Shown: positions 27,630-37,887, counted from the first letter of the stretch. The stretch is DNA of 64,000 nucleotides from Candidatus Aminicenantes bacterium (GCA_963729855.1 CAVSPT010000006.1:933428-997427); one strand, 5' to 3'. The notes: generated by a model not told the origin, from the sequence alone. Numbers and translations are program-made.

Positions 27630-28834
27630 AAAAGAAGATCCTCGCCTCGGCCTCGCTGTTCCACGCCCTGACCGACGCCGCCGGCGTCATCACGCCGACG
27701 ATCTTCCCCATCCTGTACAGCCGCGGCTTCCTGATCTCCAGCTATTCCCAGATCGGACTTCTGTCCAACCTGGGCTTGATGGCGACGCTCGTCCTGCAGT
27801 TCTTCGTCGTCCGCCTATCCTTCCGCCACGAATACCGGATCCTCCTGCTCATCAGCGGAGCGGGCATCTGCGCCTCTCTGGCCCTGGTCCCGTTCGTCTC
27901 CTCGTTCCTAGCTTTGACCGCGGCCTATCTCCTCATCCGGGCCTTCAGCAGCGTCTATCATCCGGTGATCATCGCCTGGGTCTCCAAGTCGCGGGCCGGG
28001 ACGGGCCGGGAATTGGACGACGCCATGGGCATCCAAAGCGGATCGGGCAACGTCGGGGTCATGCTGGCCTACCTGTCGGTGGGTTTCCTGGCCCAGCGCT
28101 ATGGCTGGAAGATGCCGCTCTATGCCTGGGCCGCCTTCGGCCTGCTTTTGACCGGCCTCGGCATTCGGGCCCTGCGCGGCGTGTCCTCGCGAAACGAGGA
28201 AAGGCCCTCTCTGGGAGCGGCCTCGTGGTGGCGCTCGCTCCGCTCGATCAGGCGGTTCATCCCGGGCTTTTTCTTCGGCGGGATGGGCTGGTCGCTGACG
28301 ATCTATTACGCCCCCTCCCTTCTCAACCATAAATACGGCGTGCCCATGGGCCGGACGGGGCTGTTCCTGGCCCTCTGGATCGGCCTGGGCACGATCACCG
28401 GCTACGGATACGGCATCTGGAGCCGCCGCTTCGGGCGGAAGACCGTCTTCCTCTTCAGCCTGGGCGGGGCCGCGGCCTGCCTCTTCCTCATCGGCTTCGC
28501 TACGGCCGCCGGGCCGGCCGTCGCCGGACTGCTGGCCTTCGGCGCGCTGCTCCTGATGACCTACCCCTCCCTGCACACGTTCGTCGGTTCGACCGTCCCG
28601 CCCGAAGGCCAGACCCAGGCTTTCAGCTGGGTTTCCAACATCCAGCTCATCTCCGGCGCGATCGTGACGCTGGTGTCCGGATTCCTGTCCGACGCCCTGG
28701 GAATCCAATTCCCGTTCCTCCTGACCGGGGTCCTGACTCTGGCGATCTTCATCTTCTATCTTCCGCGCGGCGCGGAATTCTTCGGCGGAGAAGCGGACGC
28801 CGCGGACGCCCCGACGGTGATCGAGCCCGAATGA
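27626..28834 (+). CDS. MFS transporter
   Basis: 402 aa, about 12 hydrophobic helices. The ATG overlaps the upstream stop (ATGA at 27626-27629). Confidence 0.75.
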   Translation: MKKKILASASLFHALTDAAGVITPTIFPILYSRGFLISSYSQIGLLSNLGLMATLVLQFFVVRLSFRHEYRILLLISGAGICASLALVPFVSSFLALTAAYLLIRAFSSVYHPVIIAWVSKSRAGTGRELDDAMGIQSGSGNVGVMLAYLSVGFLAQRYGWKMPLYAWAAFGLLLTGLGIRALRGVSSRNEERPSLGAASWWRSLRSIRRFIPGFFFGGMGWSLTIYYAPSLLNHKYGVPMGRTGLFLALWIGLGTITGYGYGIWSRRFGRKTVFLFSLGGAAACLFLIGFATAAGPAVAGLLAFGALLLMTYPSLHTFVGSTVPPEGQTQAFSWVSNIQLISGAIVTLVSGFLSDALGIQFPFLLTGVLTLAIFIFYLPRGAEFFGGEADAADAPTVIEPE

Positions 28835-30075
28835 GCGCCTCGAAAGTCTGGAACCGCGATTTTCTGATCCTCTGGCAAGGCCAGTTCGTCTCGTTGTTGG
28901 GAGACGTGGTTTACGCCATCGCCCTGGGATTCTGGATCCTCCAGACGACCGGTTCGACCGCCCTGATGGGAGCCCTGCTGGCAGCCTCGACCCTGCCCCG
29001 GGTCCTGGCCGCCCCCTTCGCCGGGGTCCTGGTCGACCGGACGGACCGCAAACGCCTGCTCATCGCCATGGACCTCGTCCGCGGCGCGGCCGTCGTCCTG
29101 GCCGCGCTGGCCGGGTTGGCCGGCCTTCTGCGGATCTGGATGGTTTTCGCCGCGGGGGTGACGATCGGGATCGGAGGGGCGTTCTTCTCGCCCGCGGTCG
29201 TCTCCATCCTCCCCGAGATCGTGCCGCGGGACAAGCTGGTCCAGGCCAACGCGTCCTACAGCCTCATTTCGACCGGCTCAAGCGTCCTGGGCAACTCGGC
29301 CGGCGGATTCCTCTTTCAACTGCTGGGCGCGCCCCTGCTGTTCCTCTTCAACGGCGTCTCCTATCTCGTCTCCTCGGCGACGCTCCTCATCGTCCGCGTC
29401 CCCAAGCATCCTTCGGCCTCCGGTGAACGGCATTTTTTCGCCGAACTGGCCGAGGGGCTGAAGCTGGTCACCCGGATGCGCGGGCTGCGCAACCTGTTCG
29501 TGACGGCGGGCCTGCTGAATTTCTTCGGAGTCATGGGCCTGACCCTGATCATGCCGTTTTTCCAGCGGACGCCCGGACTGGGCCCGGCCCGCTACGGCCT
29601 GGCCATGGCCGGCATGACCGGCGGCATGGTCCTGGGATTCCTGCTGAGCTCGGCGGTCAAAATCCCTCCGGCCCGCTGCCTGCGCATATTCGCCGTCAGC
29701 GCCTACATCCAGGCTCTCGGCATGATCGTCTTTCCCCAAACCGCCGGCTTGGGGGCCATGATCCCCATCCTGGTCGTTTCGGGAACAGCCAACGCCGTCC
29801 TCAACAGCTTCCTGATCGCCATCATCCAGATGACCGTGCCGCGGACGATGCTGGGCAAAGTCTCCTCGCTCCTGATGACCCTGTCCGGCGGGCTGATGCC
29901 GCTGTCCATGGCCGTCGGCGGCGTCCTGGCCGAATACCTCCCCCTCCGCGCGCTCATTTCGGGGTGCTTTACCGTGATGATCCTGTGCGCCACGCCGCTC
30001 ATGTTCAGCCGGGCGTTCCACCGCTTCATCAATTTCGATCCGGAGAGGGAAGCCCCGGAATCCCTGCTGGATTGA
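28831..30075 (+). CDS. MFS transporter (EntS/DUF894-like subfamily)
   Basis: 414 aa. N-terminal WNRDFLILWQGQFVSLLGDVVYAIALGFWIL and FAGVLVDRTDRKRLL are typical of the MFS_3 / enterobactin-exporter-like group. ATGA overlap with the preceding MFS gene. Confidence 0.8.
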   Translation: MSASKVWNRDFLILWQGQFVSLLGDVVYAIALGFWILQTTGSTALMGALLAASTLPRVLAAPFAGVLVDRTDRKRLLIAMDLVRGAAVVLAALAGLAGLLRIWMVFAAGVTIGIGGAFFSPAVVSILPEIVPRDKLVQANASYSLISTGSSVLGNSAGGFLFQLLGAPLLFLFNGVSYLVSSATLLIVRVPKHPSASGERHFFAELAEGLKLVTRMRGLRNLFVTAGLLNFFGVMGLTLIMPFFQRTPGLGPARYGLAMAGMTGGMVLGFLLSSAVKIPPARCLRIFAVSAYIQALGMIVFPQTAGLGAMIPILVVSGTANAVLNSFLIAIIQMTVPRTMLGKVSSLLMTLSGGLMPLSMAVGGVLAEYLPLRALISGCFTVMILCATPLMFSRAFHRFINFDPEREAPESLLD

Positions 30076-30091
30076 AGGTCGGCGGGTCCGA

Positions 30092-30445
30092 TTAAAGAAC
30101 GGTGCGGGTGGCGATGACGTCGGCGCCGGTTCCGAGAACGTCGGCGATCAGGACCTGGCCCCTCCGCACCGGAGCCTCCGGACGCAGCCCGGCGATCACG
30201 GCCAGGATGGGGAAAATCATGTCCCGCGGCACGGGAGCGCTGAGCCGGACGGAAATCATTCGCGAGCCCGACCCCTCGAGCGGGACGGAGGCGGACAAGT
30301 TCCGCTTCGGATGCAGGATTTCCTGAACGGCGAAATCGACGCCCTTGGGGCATTCGTTGCCGCGCACATCGAGGTCATCGCCCCGGCGGTCGGCCTCGAT
30401 CTGGCAGCCGATCGGGCAGAGAACGCAGGTCAGCCGCTCAGCCAT
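30092..30445 (-). CDS. DUF1667 domain protein
   Basis: ATG 30445 (117 aa) overlaps the upstream gene by 8 nt. Cys motif CVLCPIGCQIE..GNECPKG. It is the third member of the FAD-oxidoreductase trio. Confidence 0.7.
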   Translation of the reverse strand: MAERLTCVLCPIGCQIEADRRGDDLDVRGNECPKGVDFAVQEILHPKRNLSASVPLEGSGSRMISVRLSAPVPRDMIFPILAVIAGLRPEAPVRRGQVLIADVLGTGADVIATRTVL

Positions 30446-31694
30446 GGGCGGCGACCTCCACGGCGCTCTCGACGGGGGTCGGGATCCGGATTTTACGCAT
30501 TTCGGACGGAACAAGACGGTATAGCTTGACCCGGGCGACGGTTCGGCCCGATGCCGTCTCGCGGACCTCGACGGCCACCGACCGCATCGGCCGGCGGACC
30601 CGGAAATTCAAGGTCACGCCGGACGCGCCCCGCCGGACGGTCTGGGGAAGGACATAGCGGATGTTGTCGCCGGCCCGGACCTCGACCGTCTCCGCGCCGT
30701 GACGCCGGCCCCGGACGTATTCGGCGGCCCGACGTCCGGCTTCGAATCCTTCGAACGAGGCCCAATCGGCCACGTCGTGGATGTGCAGAACGTTGCCGCA
30801 GGAAAAGACGCCCGGCACGCCGGTCATCAGCGTCTCGTCGACGACCGCTCCGCCGGTCAACGGCGACAGCATGACCCCCGCCCGCTTGGACAGCTCGTTC
30901 TCGGGGATGAGCCCGACCGAGAGCAGGAGCGTGTCGCAGGCGATTTCCCGCTCGCTCCCCGGAACGGGGCGCTGGAACTCGTCGACGCGGGCCACGACGA
31001 CCGAGGAGACACGGTCCCGCCCGCGGATGTCGACGACCGTCGAGGACAGCTCGAGGGGAATGCCGAAGTCCAGGAGGCACTGGCGCACGTTCCGCTCCAG
31101 CCCGCTGGCCCAGGGCAGGATCTCGAAGACGCCGCGGACCTTGATCCCCTCGAAGATCAGGCGCCGGGCCATGATCAGGCCGACGTCGCCCGAACCCAGG
31201 ATGACGGCCTCCCGGCCGATTTTCAGGTTGTGGAGATTGACCAGGTTCTGGGCGCTGCCGGCGGTGAAAATGCCGGCCGGACGCGTTCCCGGGATCTCGA
31301 TCATGTCGCGGGTGCGCTCGCGGCAGCCCATGGCCAGGATGACCGCCCCGGCCCGGATCAGCCAGTAGCCGTCGGCGGCGTTGACGCGCAGCAGGCGATC
31401 GGCGGACAGGTCGAGGACCATGGCCCCCGTGCGGAAGGCGACGCCTTCCCGCGCGGCGTCTTCGGTCAGGCGCTCGGCGTATTCGGGGCCGCTGATCGTC
31501 TCCTTGTAGAGGAACAGCCCGAACCCGTCGTGGATGCATTGGTTGAGGATTCCGCCCAGGGCCCGGTCCCGCTCGATCAGGAGCACGTCCTCGACGCCGG
31601 CGCGCCGGGCGCCGAGCGCGGCCGCCAGCCCGGCCGGCCCGCCGCCGATGACGACGACGTCGTGCCGCTCGACGGAGGCGTCGGTTTCCGTCAT
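30438..31694 (-). CDS. FAD/NAD(P)-binding pyridine nucleotide-disulfide oxidoreductase-like protein
   Basis: 418 aa. DVVVIGGGPAGLAAAL plus a second dinucleotide fold AVILGSGDVGLIMA. ATGA overlap with the upstream gene. Confidence 0.8.
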   Translation of the reverse strand: MTETDASVERHDVVVIGGGPAGLAAALGARRAGVEDVLLIERDRALGGILNQCIHDGFGLFLYKETISGPEYAERLTEDAAREGVAFRTGAMVLDLSADRLLRVNAADGYWLIRAGAVILAMGCRERTRDMIEIPGTRPAGIFTAGSAQNLVNLHNLKIGREAVILGSGDVGLIMARRLIFEGIKVRGVFEILPWASGLERNVRQCLLDFGIPLELSSTVVDIRGRDRVSSVVVARVDEFQRPVPGSEREIACDTLLLSVGLIPENELSKRAGVMLSPLTGGAVVDETLMTGVPGVFSCGNVLHIHDVADWASFEGFEAGRRAAEYVRGRRHGAETVEVRAGDNIRYVLPQTVRRGASGVTLNFRVRRPMRSVAVEVRETASGRTVARVKLYRLVPSEMRKIRIPTPVESAVEVAAHG

Positions 31695-33175
31695 GGCTTG
31701 ATCCGCCCGTAAAAAAGATCCGAGCCGGGGCCGCGCTTGCGGATGTCCCCGGGCGCGGCGCCCCCGGCTTCCAGGAGCTCGACGAGCCGGGGCGTGCAGA
31801 ATCCGCCCTGACAGCGCCCCATTCCGCAGCGCGTCCGCCTTTTGATCGCGTCCAACGACCTCGCCCCGAAGGGATTGGCCAGGGCGTCCTCGACCTCGGC
31901 CCGGGCGACGTGCTCACAGCGGCAGATCATCTCGCCCCAGCGCGGGTCGGCCGCGGCCCGGCGGGCGCGCTCCTCATCGTCCAGATGGGCGAAATGCGGG
32001 CGCGGCAGGCGTTCGGCCCTGAAATCGGGTTTCGGCCGCAGGTCCATCGCCGACCCGATCATGTCCGCGACCAGAGAGGCGACGGCCGGGGCCGCCGTCA
32101 GCCCGGGCGATTCGATGCCCACGAGATTGATCCATCCCGGCCGCCGGGGGCTCTCCTCGACGATGAAATCGGCCAAGGCCGGACTGCCGCCGGGCCCGGT
32201 CAGCTTGGGCCGCAGGCCGGCATACGCGTGGATGAACGGGAAGCGGGCCAATGCCGGCAGGAGGGCGAAGGCTTCGGCCTTGAGTTTGTCCATGACCGGG
32301 CGGGTCGTGGCCGCGTCGTTTTTGTCCGGGACCGCCTCCGAGCTCGGACCAAGCAGGACGTTCCCATCGAGCGTCGGCGTGATGTGGACGCCGAGGAACG
32401 AATCGTCCTTGGGCGGGACCGGATAGATGGGCATGGCCAGGACCGATCCGGCCTCGCGGTCGGCGATCAGGTACTCGCCGCGGAAGGGATGGATGCTGAA
32501 ATCGAAGATCCCGGCCAGGGCGGCCACTTCGTCGGCGAAAAGCCCGGCGGCGTTGACGACCCGGCGCGTGCAAAAGACGCCGCGCGGCGTCGTCAGCCGG
32601 AACCCGTCAGGGACCGTCTCGACGGCCGTGATCGGCGAGTCCAGGAAAACGCGGGCGCCGTTGCGGGCGGCGCACTCGCCCAGGGCGATCGTGAATTCGT
32701 AAGGGGAAATGATGCCCGTCCGGGGCGAATAGAGGGCCCAGAGGCCCTCGACGCCGGGCGCCAGCCAGGTTATGGCCGCCCGATCGACGATCTCCAGCCC
32801 GGGCGTCCCGTTGCGCTCGCCCTGCGATTGAAGATCGATCAGCCGCGGGCGGTCGGAATCCATCAGAGCGACGACCAGCTTGCCCGTCCGGCGATGGGGC
32901 ACGCCCAGTTCCTCCGCCAAGCGATAGATCCGGCGGAGCCCCTCGACATTCAGCCGGGCCTTGAGCGATCCGGAGGGCACATTGAACCCGGCGTGGATGA
33001 CGCCGCTGTTGCCCTTGCTGATCCCCTCGGCCAGATCGGATTCTTTCTCTAAAATTACGAGGCGCAGATCGTAGCGGGACAGCTCGCGGGCGACGGCGCA
33101 GCCCACGACGCCGCCGCCGATGACGGCGACGTCATAGGGCGCATCCGGTCCGGAAAATTCCCGCGGATCGTTCAT
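31691..33175 (-). CDS. FAD-dependent oxidoreductase, glycerol-3-phosphate/L-2-hydroxyglutarate dehydrogenase-like, with BFD-like [2Fe-2S] domain
   Basis: 494 aa. YDVAVIGGGVVGCAVAREL (DAO fold). C-terminal CRCEHV..CGMGRCQGGFC. Confidence 0.8.
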   Translation of the reverse strand: MNDPREFSGPDAPYDVAVIGGGVVGCAVARELSRYDLRLVILEKESDLAEGISKGNSGVIHAGFNVPSGSLKARLNVEGLRRIYRLAEELGVPHRRTGKLVVALMDSDRPRLIDLQSQGERNGTPGLEIVDRAAITWLAPGVEGLWALYSPRTGIISPYEFTIALGECAARNGARVFLDSPITAVETVPDGFRLTTPRGVFCTRRVVNAAGLFADEVAALAGIFDFSIHPFRGEYLIADREAGSVLAMPIYPVPPKDDSFLGVHITPTLDGNVLLGPSSEAVPDKNDAATTRPVMDKLKAEAFALLPALARFPFIHAYAGLRPKLTGPGGSPALADFIVEESPRRPGWINLVGIESPGLTAAPAVASLVADMIGSAMDLRPKPDFRAERLPRPHFAHLDDEERARRAAADPRWGEMICRCEHVARAEVEDALANPFGARSLDAIKRRTRCGMGRCQGGFCTPRLVELLEAGGAAPGDIRKRGPGSDLFYGRIKP

Positions 33176-33298
33176 GGCTGTTCGCTCGGACCAGGAATCA
33201 TAGCAGATTCGGGCCGCGGCCGGACAGTCCAGGGCGCCGACAGGAGGATCATCGACAGCGGCCTGTTCTCCGGGAAGCCCGCCGCCGCGAACGATGTT

Positions 33299-34324
33299 TT
33301 ATTTCGGATGGACCGGCGCCCCCGCGTCCCGTGTCCTCCGCCGGTCGGCCGCCGCGGTCCCGGCCAACGAAACCGACGCCGCCAGGAACATGATCCCGAA
33401 AACGACGAAGGCGTCGATCGCGTAGATCAGCACCAGATCCGCGTAGATCCAAAATCCCAGCACGAAGGCCCAGCCGCGCCGGCCGAGGAGGCGGAAACCC
33501 GACACGATCAAGCTCCCCGCGGTGAAGGCGACCAGCGCCGACTTGATGTCCCGGGTGAAGACAAACACCGCCCCGGACCAGAGAACCGGCACGACGATCC
33601 AGATCTTCATTCTCTTGCGGGTCAGGATGACGCCGGCCGCGGCCGCCGCGGCCAGAGCGAAGCCGATGAAGGCCACGACCGTCCCGGGCGCGGAAAACGG
33701 CGGGCGTCCTTCGGCCGCGTCTTCAACCGAGGTGATCATCCGTTTCTCCATGGTGAAATGGATGGGATCGAAGAAAAGGCCCAGGAGAAAGGCGGCGACG
33801 GGACCGCGCGCTCCGCCGACGCTGCGGACGAGGAGGCGGGTTTGCGAAGGGCCCAGCGGCTCGACGGCGAAGGGGCCCCAGAGGGGATTCAGAAAGAAAG
33901 ACCGGCCGGGTTCGACGATTTCGTAATGCCAGCCGTTTCTCCCGGCTTTTTCGGCGCCGAACTGGAAGGAGCGGACGAATTCGCCTTCGGCGCGCTCCGG
34001 CCAGGACGGCGCGTCGGGGAAGGCGTTGTGGATTCCGGACAGGAAGAGGTTTTCCAGCCAATCGTAGCTGAAGAAGCCGCCGCGCCCGATACCGACCTGG
34101 GAGATCCAGGCCCAGACTTTCCCGGCCGGCGCGTCGATCGTGGCCGCCCGCGTGGCCCGGAAACCGGATACCGTGGCCCGGTCGTCGCCGGGCAGGGCCC
34201 GGCGGATCTCGTCCGGCGCCGCCCCCCAGTTGATGTAGCCGGGGTGGATGATCCCGAAATAGGCGGCCAGCCAGCCGGCCAGGACGGCCAGGCCGATGAA
34301 GAGAACGATCCGGTTTTTCTTCAT
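33299..34324 (-). CDS. Membrane protein with N-terminal SRPBCC-like domain
   Basis: Start ATG 34324 (GGAGGAG upstream). TM anchor, then a soluble domain of about 180 aa (DDRATVSGFRATRAATIDAPAGKVWAWISQVG..) resembling polyketide-cyclase/SRPBCC folds, then 4-5 C-terminal TM helices. Function unknown. Confidence 0.4.
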   Translation of the reverse strand: MKKNRIVLFIGLAVLAGWLAAYFGIIHPGYINWGAAPDEIRRALPGDDRATVSGFRATRAATIDAPAGKVWAWISQVGIGRGGFFSYDWLENLFLSGIHNAFPDAPSWPERAEGEFVRSFQFGAEKAGRNGWHYEIVEPGRSFFLNPLWGPFAVEPLGPSQTRLLVRSVGGARGPVAAFLLGLFFDPIHFTMEKRMITSVEDAAEGRPPFSAPGTVVAFIGFALAAAAAAGVILTRKRMKIWIVVPVLWSGAVFVFTRDIKSALVAFTAGSLIVSGFRLLGRRGWAFVLGFWIYADLVLIYAIDAFVVFGIMFLAASVSLAGTAAADRRRTRDAGAPVHPK

Positions 34325-34343
34325 CTCCGACTCCTCCGCCAAT

Positions 34344-34766
34344 TCAATACAATCCCGTGCTGCCGAAGCCGCCCTCGCCGCGGGTGGTATCATTCAACTC
34401 GTCGGCTTCGACGACCGACACCGAGACCACGGGCTGGATGAGCATCTGGGCGATCTTCATACCGGCTTTGATCTCGAAAGGCTCCCGTCCCAGGTTGGCT
34501 ATGACCACCTGGACCTCGCCGCGATAACCGGCGTCGACGACGCCGGCCAGCCGATGGACGCCCTTGAGCGAAATCCCGCTCTTGTCCCAGACCAGGCCGA
34601 CAAATCCCCGCGGGATGGCCATCTTGATCCCGGTCGGCACGGCGAAGACCGAGGCCGGCGCGAGGACGTGGTCCACGGCGGAATAGAGATCGAGGCCGGC
34701 GTCGCCCGGATGCCCATAGGAAGGGAGCTTGGCCGCGGGGTGGATGCGCTTGATTTTCAGTTCCAT
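34344..34766 (-). CDS. dut: dUTP diphosphatase
   Basis: 140 aa. Canonical motifs GDAGLDLYS, RSGISLK-like DKSGISLKG, GVVDAGYRGEV and RGEGGFGSTG. Confidence 0.9.
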   Translation of the reverse strand: MELKIKRIHPAAKLPSYGHPGDAGLDLYSAVDHVLAPASVFAVPTGIKMAIPRGFVGLVWDKSGISLKGVHRLAGVVDAGYRGEVQVVIANLGREPFEIKAGMKIAQMLIQPVVSVSVVEADELNDTTRGEGGFGSTGLY

Positions 34767-34777
34767 GAGGACCTCTC

Positions 34778-35476
34778 TTAAATTCCTTCGATCCGCACCT
34801 CTTTGAAAAACGGCCGGGCCGCGTCGGCCAGGCGCTTGACCTCGTCGCGGCTGTAGGGCTTGATCCTGCCGTATTCGGGGTCCAGCGTCCCGGCCGGAGA
34901 GAACTGCTGGACCTGGTAGACGTCCGCGCCTTCCAGCCAGCGGCCGATGGCCTGGATGTCCTCGACGCCGATCAGTCCGGGGACGACCGTCGTTCGGAAC
35001 ACCAGGGGACGGCCTGATTCGCGCAGGATCGCGGCGCTGCTGGCGACGGCGTCGGGGGCTGCCTTCGACCCGGTCACCTCGCGATAGCGGTCCAGAGGGG
35101 CCTTGACGTCCATGGCCGCGCGGTCGAAGAGGTCCGCTTCCAAAAGACGCTCCAGGCGGCCGGGCAGGGAGCCGTTGGTGTCCAGCTTGATCAGCAGCCC
35201 GCGCTGCTTGATGACCGTCAGGAAGCTTTCGATGTCCTCGGCCAGGAGCGGTTCGCCCCCGCTGACGCAGATCCCCTCCAGCCAGCCCCGGCGCGAATCC
35301 AGATAGGCCAGAAAGAAGTCCATGGGGATGTCGGCCAGCCGCTCGGGCCGCAGGACGAGCTCGGCGTTATGGCAGTAGGGGCAGCGGAAATTGCAGCCGC
35401 CCAGGAAAACGGTCGAGGCGATGAATCCGGGAAAATCCTTGGGAGCGAATTTCTCTAGACCCTTGACTGCAACCAC
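34778..35476 (-). CDS. nrdG: Anaerobic ribonucleoside-triphosphate reductase activating protein (radical SAM)
   Basis: CNFRCPYCHN radical-SAM cluster and GICVSGGEPLL. Start is probably GTG 35476, overlapping the preceding small gene by 22 nt; ORF-track ATG 35533 is less likely. Confidence 0.85.
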   Translation of the reverse strand: MVAVKGLEKFAPKDFPGFIASTVFLGGCNFRCPYCHNAELVLRPERLADIPMDFFLAYLDSRRGWLEGICVSGGEPLLAEDIESFLTVIKQRGLLIKLDTNGSLPGRLERLLEADLFDRAAMDVKAPLDRYREVTGSKAAPDAVASSAAILRESGRPLVFRTTVVPGLIGVEDIQAIGRWLEGADVYQVQQFSPAGTLDPEYGRIKPYSRDEVKRLADAARPFFKEVRIEGI

Positions 35477-35721
35477 GCCTCGAACTCCGCGCGGGTGTTG
35501 AGCACGGCCGCCACCCGCCCGCCCTCCAGGCAAAGCAGGGTGGGCAGGATGATCGAACCTTTTTCGTCGCGCTTGACGTCATGAATGAAATCGCGGATCT
35601 TGATCCGCCCGTCCTTGCCCGTAACATCGTATTCCTGTTTGGCCAGTCCCCGCTCCCGGAAAAAAGACTTCATGTCGTCGCACTTGAGACAGTTGGGGAA
35701 GGTGAACAGCAGGTAGTCCAT
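35455..35721 (-). CDS. Glutaredoxin/NrdH-like small redoxin
   Basis: 88 aa. CLKC (CxxC) near the N-terminus (FTFPNCLKCDDMK). Thioredoxin-fold size. Located between nrdD and nrdG. Confidence 0.6.
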   Translation of the reverse strand: MDYLLFTFPNCLKCDDMKSFFRERGLAKQEYDVTGKDGRIKIRDFIHDVKRDEKGSIILPTLLCLEGGRVAAVLNTRAEFEAWLQSRV

Positions 35722-35745
35722 GACGGGCCTTTCCGCCGCTCCTCC

Positions 35746-37821
35746 TCAGACGATCTGGGTAAAGGGCGTGCGGTCCTTGAATTCCTGCTGCTTGCCGTCG
35801 TTCCACGTCCGGACCGGCCGGAGATAACCGACGATGCGGGAGTACACTTCGGTCGTGGTTCCGCAATCCGGACAGGCCGGGTGCTGGCCCTTGATGTAGC
35901 CGTGCTGCTCGCAGACGCTGAACGTCGGGGTGATGCTGAAATAGGGAATGCGGGTTTCGGCGATTTTCCGGACGAGCTTGCGGCAGGTCGCCCCGTCGAT
36001 GGCCTCGGGCAGGAAGGTGTGGAAGATCGTGCCGCCCGTGTAGAGAGGCTGGATGCTCTCCTGGTGCTGGAGGGCCTCGAAGACGTCCCGGGTGGCGTCC
36101 ACGTTGAGCTGGGTGGAATTGGTCAGATAGGGATGCTTCTCCGTTCCGGAGACGATGATCTGCGGGTATTTCTGCTTGTCCAGCCGGGCCAGGCGGTAGG
36201 AGGTCGATTCGGCCGGCGTCGCCTCCAGGTTATAGAGATTCCCGGTCTCCTCCTGGTACTGGCGGAGGACCCCGCGCATGAACTCGAGGATCTCGATGGC
36301 GAAGGCCTTGCCCTCGGGAGTTCCGATGCCCTTGCCCAGGAAATTGAGGCTGGCTTCGTGCATGCCGCAGACGCCGATCGTGGAGAAGTGGTTGCTGAAG
36401 TGGCCGAGGTAGACCTTGGTGTAGGGCATGATGCCCCGCTCGAGCATGTTGTTGACGATCTCGCGCTTGGTCTCCAGCGAGTCCTTGGCCAGGTCCATGA
36501 GCTCCTTGAGGCGGGACTTGAACTCGTCGGCGGTCTTGGAGGTGTAGCCGAGGCGGTTGAAATTGATGGTCACGACGCCGATCGAGCCGGTCGAATCGCC
36601 GGGACCCCAGATGCTGCCGGGACGGCGCATGAGCTCGCGCTGGTCGAGGTTGAGCCGGCAGCACATGGCCCGGATGTCGCCGGGGTTCATGTTCGTGCCG
36701 ATATAATTCTGAAAATAGGGGATGCCGTACTTGGCCGTGGCGTCGAAGAGAAGCTTGGCGTTGGGCGAATCCCAGTCGAAATCGTTGGTCAGGTTGTAGG
36801 TCGGGATGGGGAAGGTGAAGACGCGGCCCTGGTGGTCGCCTTCGACCATGAGCTCCAGGAAGGCCCGGTTGATGACGTCCATCTCCTTCTGGTATTCGCC
36901 GTAGAACGAGTCCAGCTCCTTGCCGCCGACGACGGCCCGCTTGTTCTGCAGGTCGGCGGGCACGGTCCAATCGAAGGTCAGGTTGGAGAAGGGCGTCTGC
37001 CAGCCCCAGCGCGAAGGGACATTGAGCCCGTAGACGAGCTTCTGGATGTCCTGCTTGACGTGGTCATAGTCAAGGTGGTCGTGCCGGACGAAGGGCGCCA
37101 GGAGGGTGTCGACGCTGGAGAAGGCCTGGGCCCCGGCGAATTCGCCCTGCATGGTCCCGATGTAATTGACCATGTGCAGGGTGGCCGTCTCGAGGTGCTT
37201 GGCCGGCGAGGAATGGACCTGGTTGGGGACGTGGCCGAAGCCGCGCCGGAGGAGATTCTCCAGGGACCATCCGGCGCAGTAGCCGACGATGGGATAAGAC
37301 AGGTCGTGAAGGTGGAAGTCCCCTTCCTGGTGGGCCCGCTTGATCGGCTCGGTATAGATGTGGTTGAGAGCGAAATTGGAGAGGACCTCGCCCGAGACCC
37401 GGGCGTTCAAGCCGGAGAAGCTCATCGTCCCTTCGTTGGAGTTCTCCCGGATCTTCCAGTCATGGTCGGAGATGTAATCCTTGATGAGCCGCTCCAGGTT
37501 GATCCCGGTCTGCTTGGCCTCGCGGATGCTCTTGTGGCGCTCGCGGTAGAGGATATAGGACTTGGCCACTTCGAGGTAGCCGCGCTTCATCAGAACCATC
37601 TCGACCATGTCCTGGATCTGCTCGACGGAGGGGATGGTGTATCCGCCGAACTTCTCTTCGATGACGAAGGTGACGATGTCGGAAACGGTCTTGGCTTGGG
37701 AGAAATCGTCGATGCCCTGCGACTTCATGGCCTGGTGGATGGCGTGGGTGATCTTGTCCTGGGCGAAATCGACGACCGAACCATCGCGCTTCTTGATACG
37801 GGCAAGCATTTTTGATGTCAT
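35746..37821 (-). CDS. nrdD: Anaerobic (class III) ribonucleoside-triphosphate reductase
   Basis: ATG 37821 with AAGGAGGG upstream. ATP-cone (ARIKKRDGSVVDFAQDKITHAI). C-terminal Zn ribbon (CEQHGY..CPDCG) and glycyl-radical motif (RIVGYLRPV). 691 aa. Confidence 0.92.
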   Translation of the reverse strand: MTSKMLARIKKRDGSVVDFAQDKITHAIHQAMKSQGIDDFSQAKTVSDIVTFVIEEKFGGYTIPSVEQIQDMVEMVLMKRGYLEVAKSYILYRERHKSIREAKQTGINLERLIKDYISDHDWKIRENSNEGTMSFSGLNARVSGEVLSNFALNHIYTEPIKRAHQEGDFHLHDLSYPIVGYCAGWSLENLLRRGFGHVPNQVHSSPAKHLETATLHMVNYIGTMQGEFAGAQAFSSVDTLLAPFVRHDHLDYDHVKQDIQKLVYGLNVPSRWGWQTPFSNLTFDWTVPADLQNKRAVVGGKELDSFYGEYQKEMDVINRAFLELMVEGDHQGRVFTFPIPTYNLTNDFDWDSPNAKLLFDATAKYGIPYFQNYIGTNMNPGDIRAMCCRLNLDQRELMRRPGSIWGPGDSTGSIGVVTINFNRLGYTSKTADEFKSRLKELMDLAKDSLETKREIVNNMLERGIMPYTKVYLGHFSNHFSTIGVCGMHEASLNFLGKGIGTPEGKAFAIEILEFMRGVLRQYQEETGNLYNLEATPAESTSYRLARLDKQKYPQIIVSGTEKHPYLTNSTQLNVDATRDVFEALQHQESIQPLYTGGTIFHTFLPEAIDGATCRKLVRKIAETRIPYFSITPTFSVCEQHGYIKGQHPACPDCGTTTEVYSRIVGYLRPVRTWNDGKQQEFKDRTPFTQIV

Positions 37822-37887
37822 CGGTTCCCTCCTTATCCCGAACAAGCCCCAAAACACCCACAAAAAGGAAAAATCTTCTTCTCTGCC

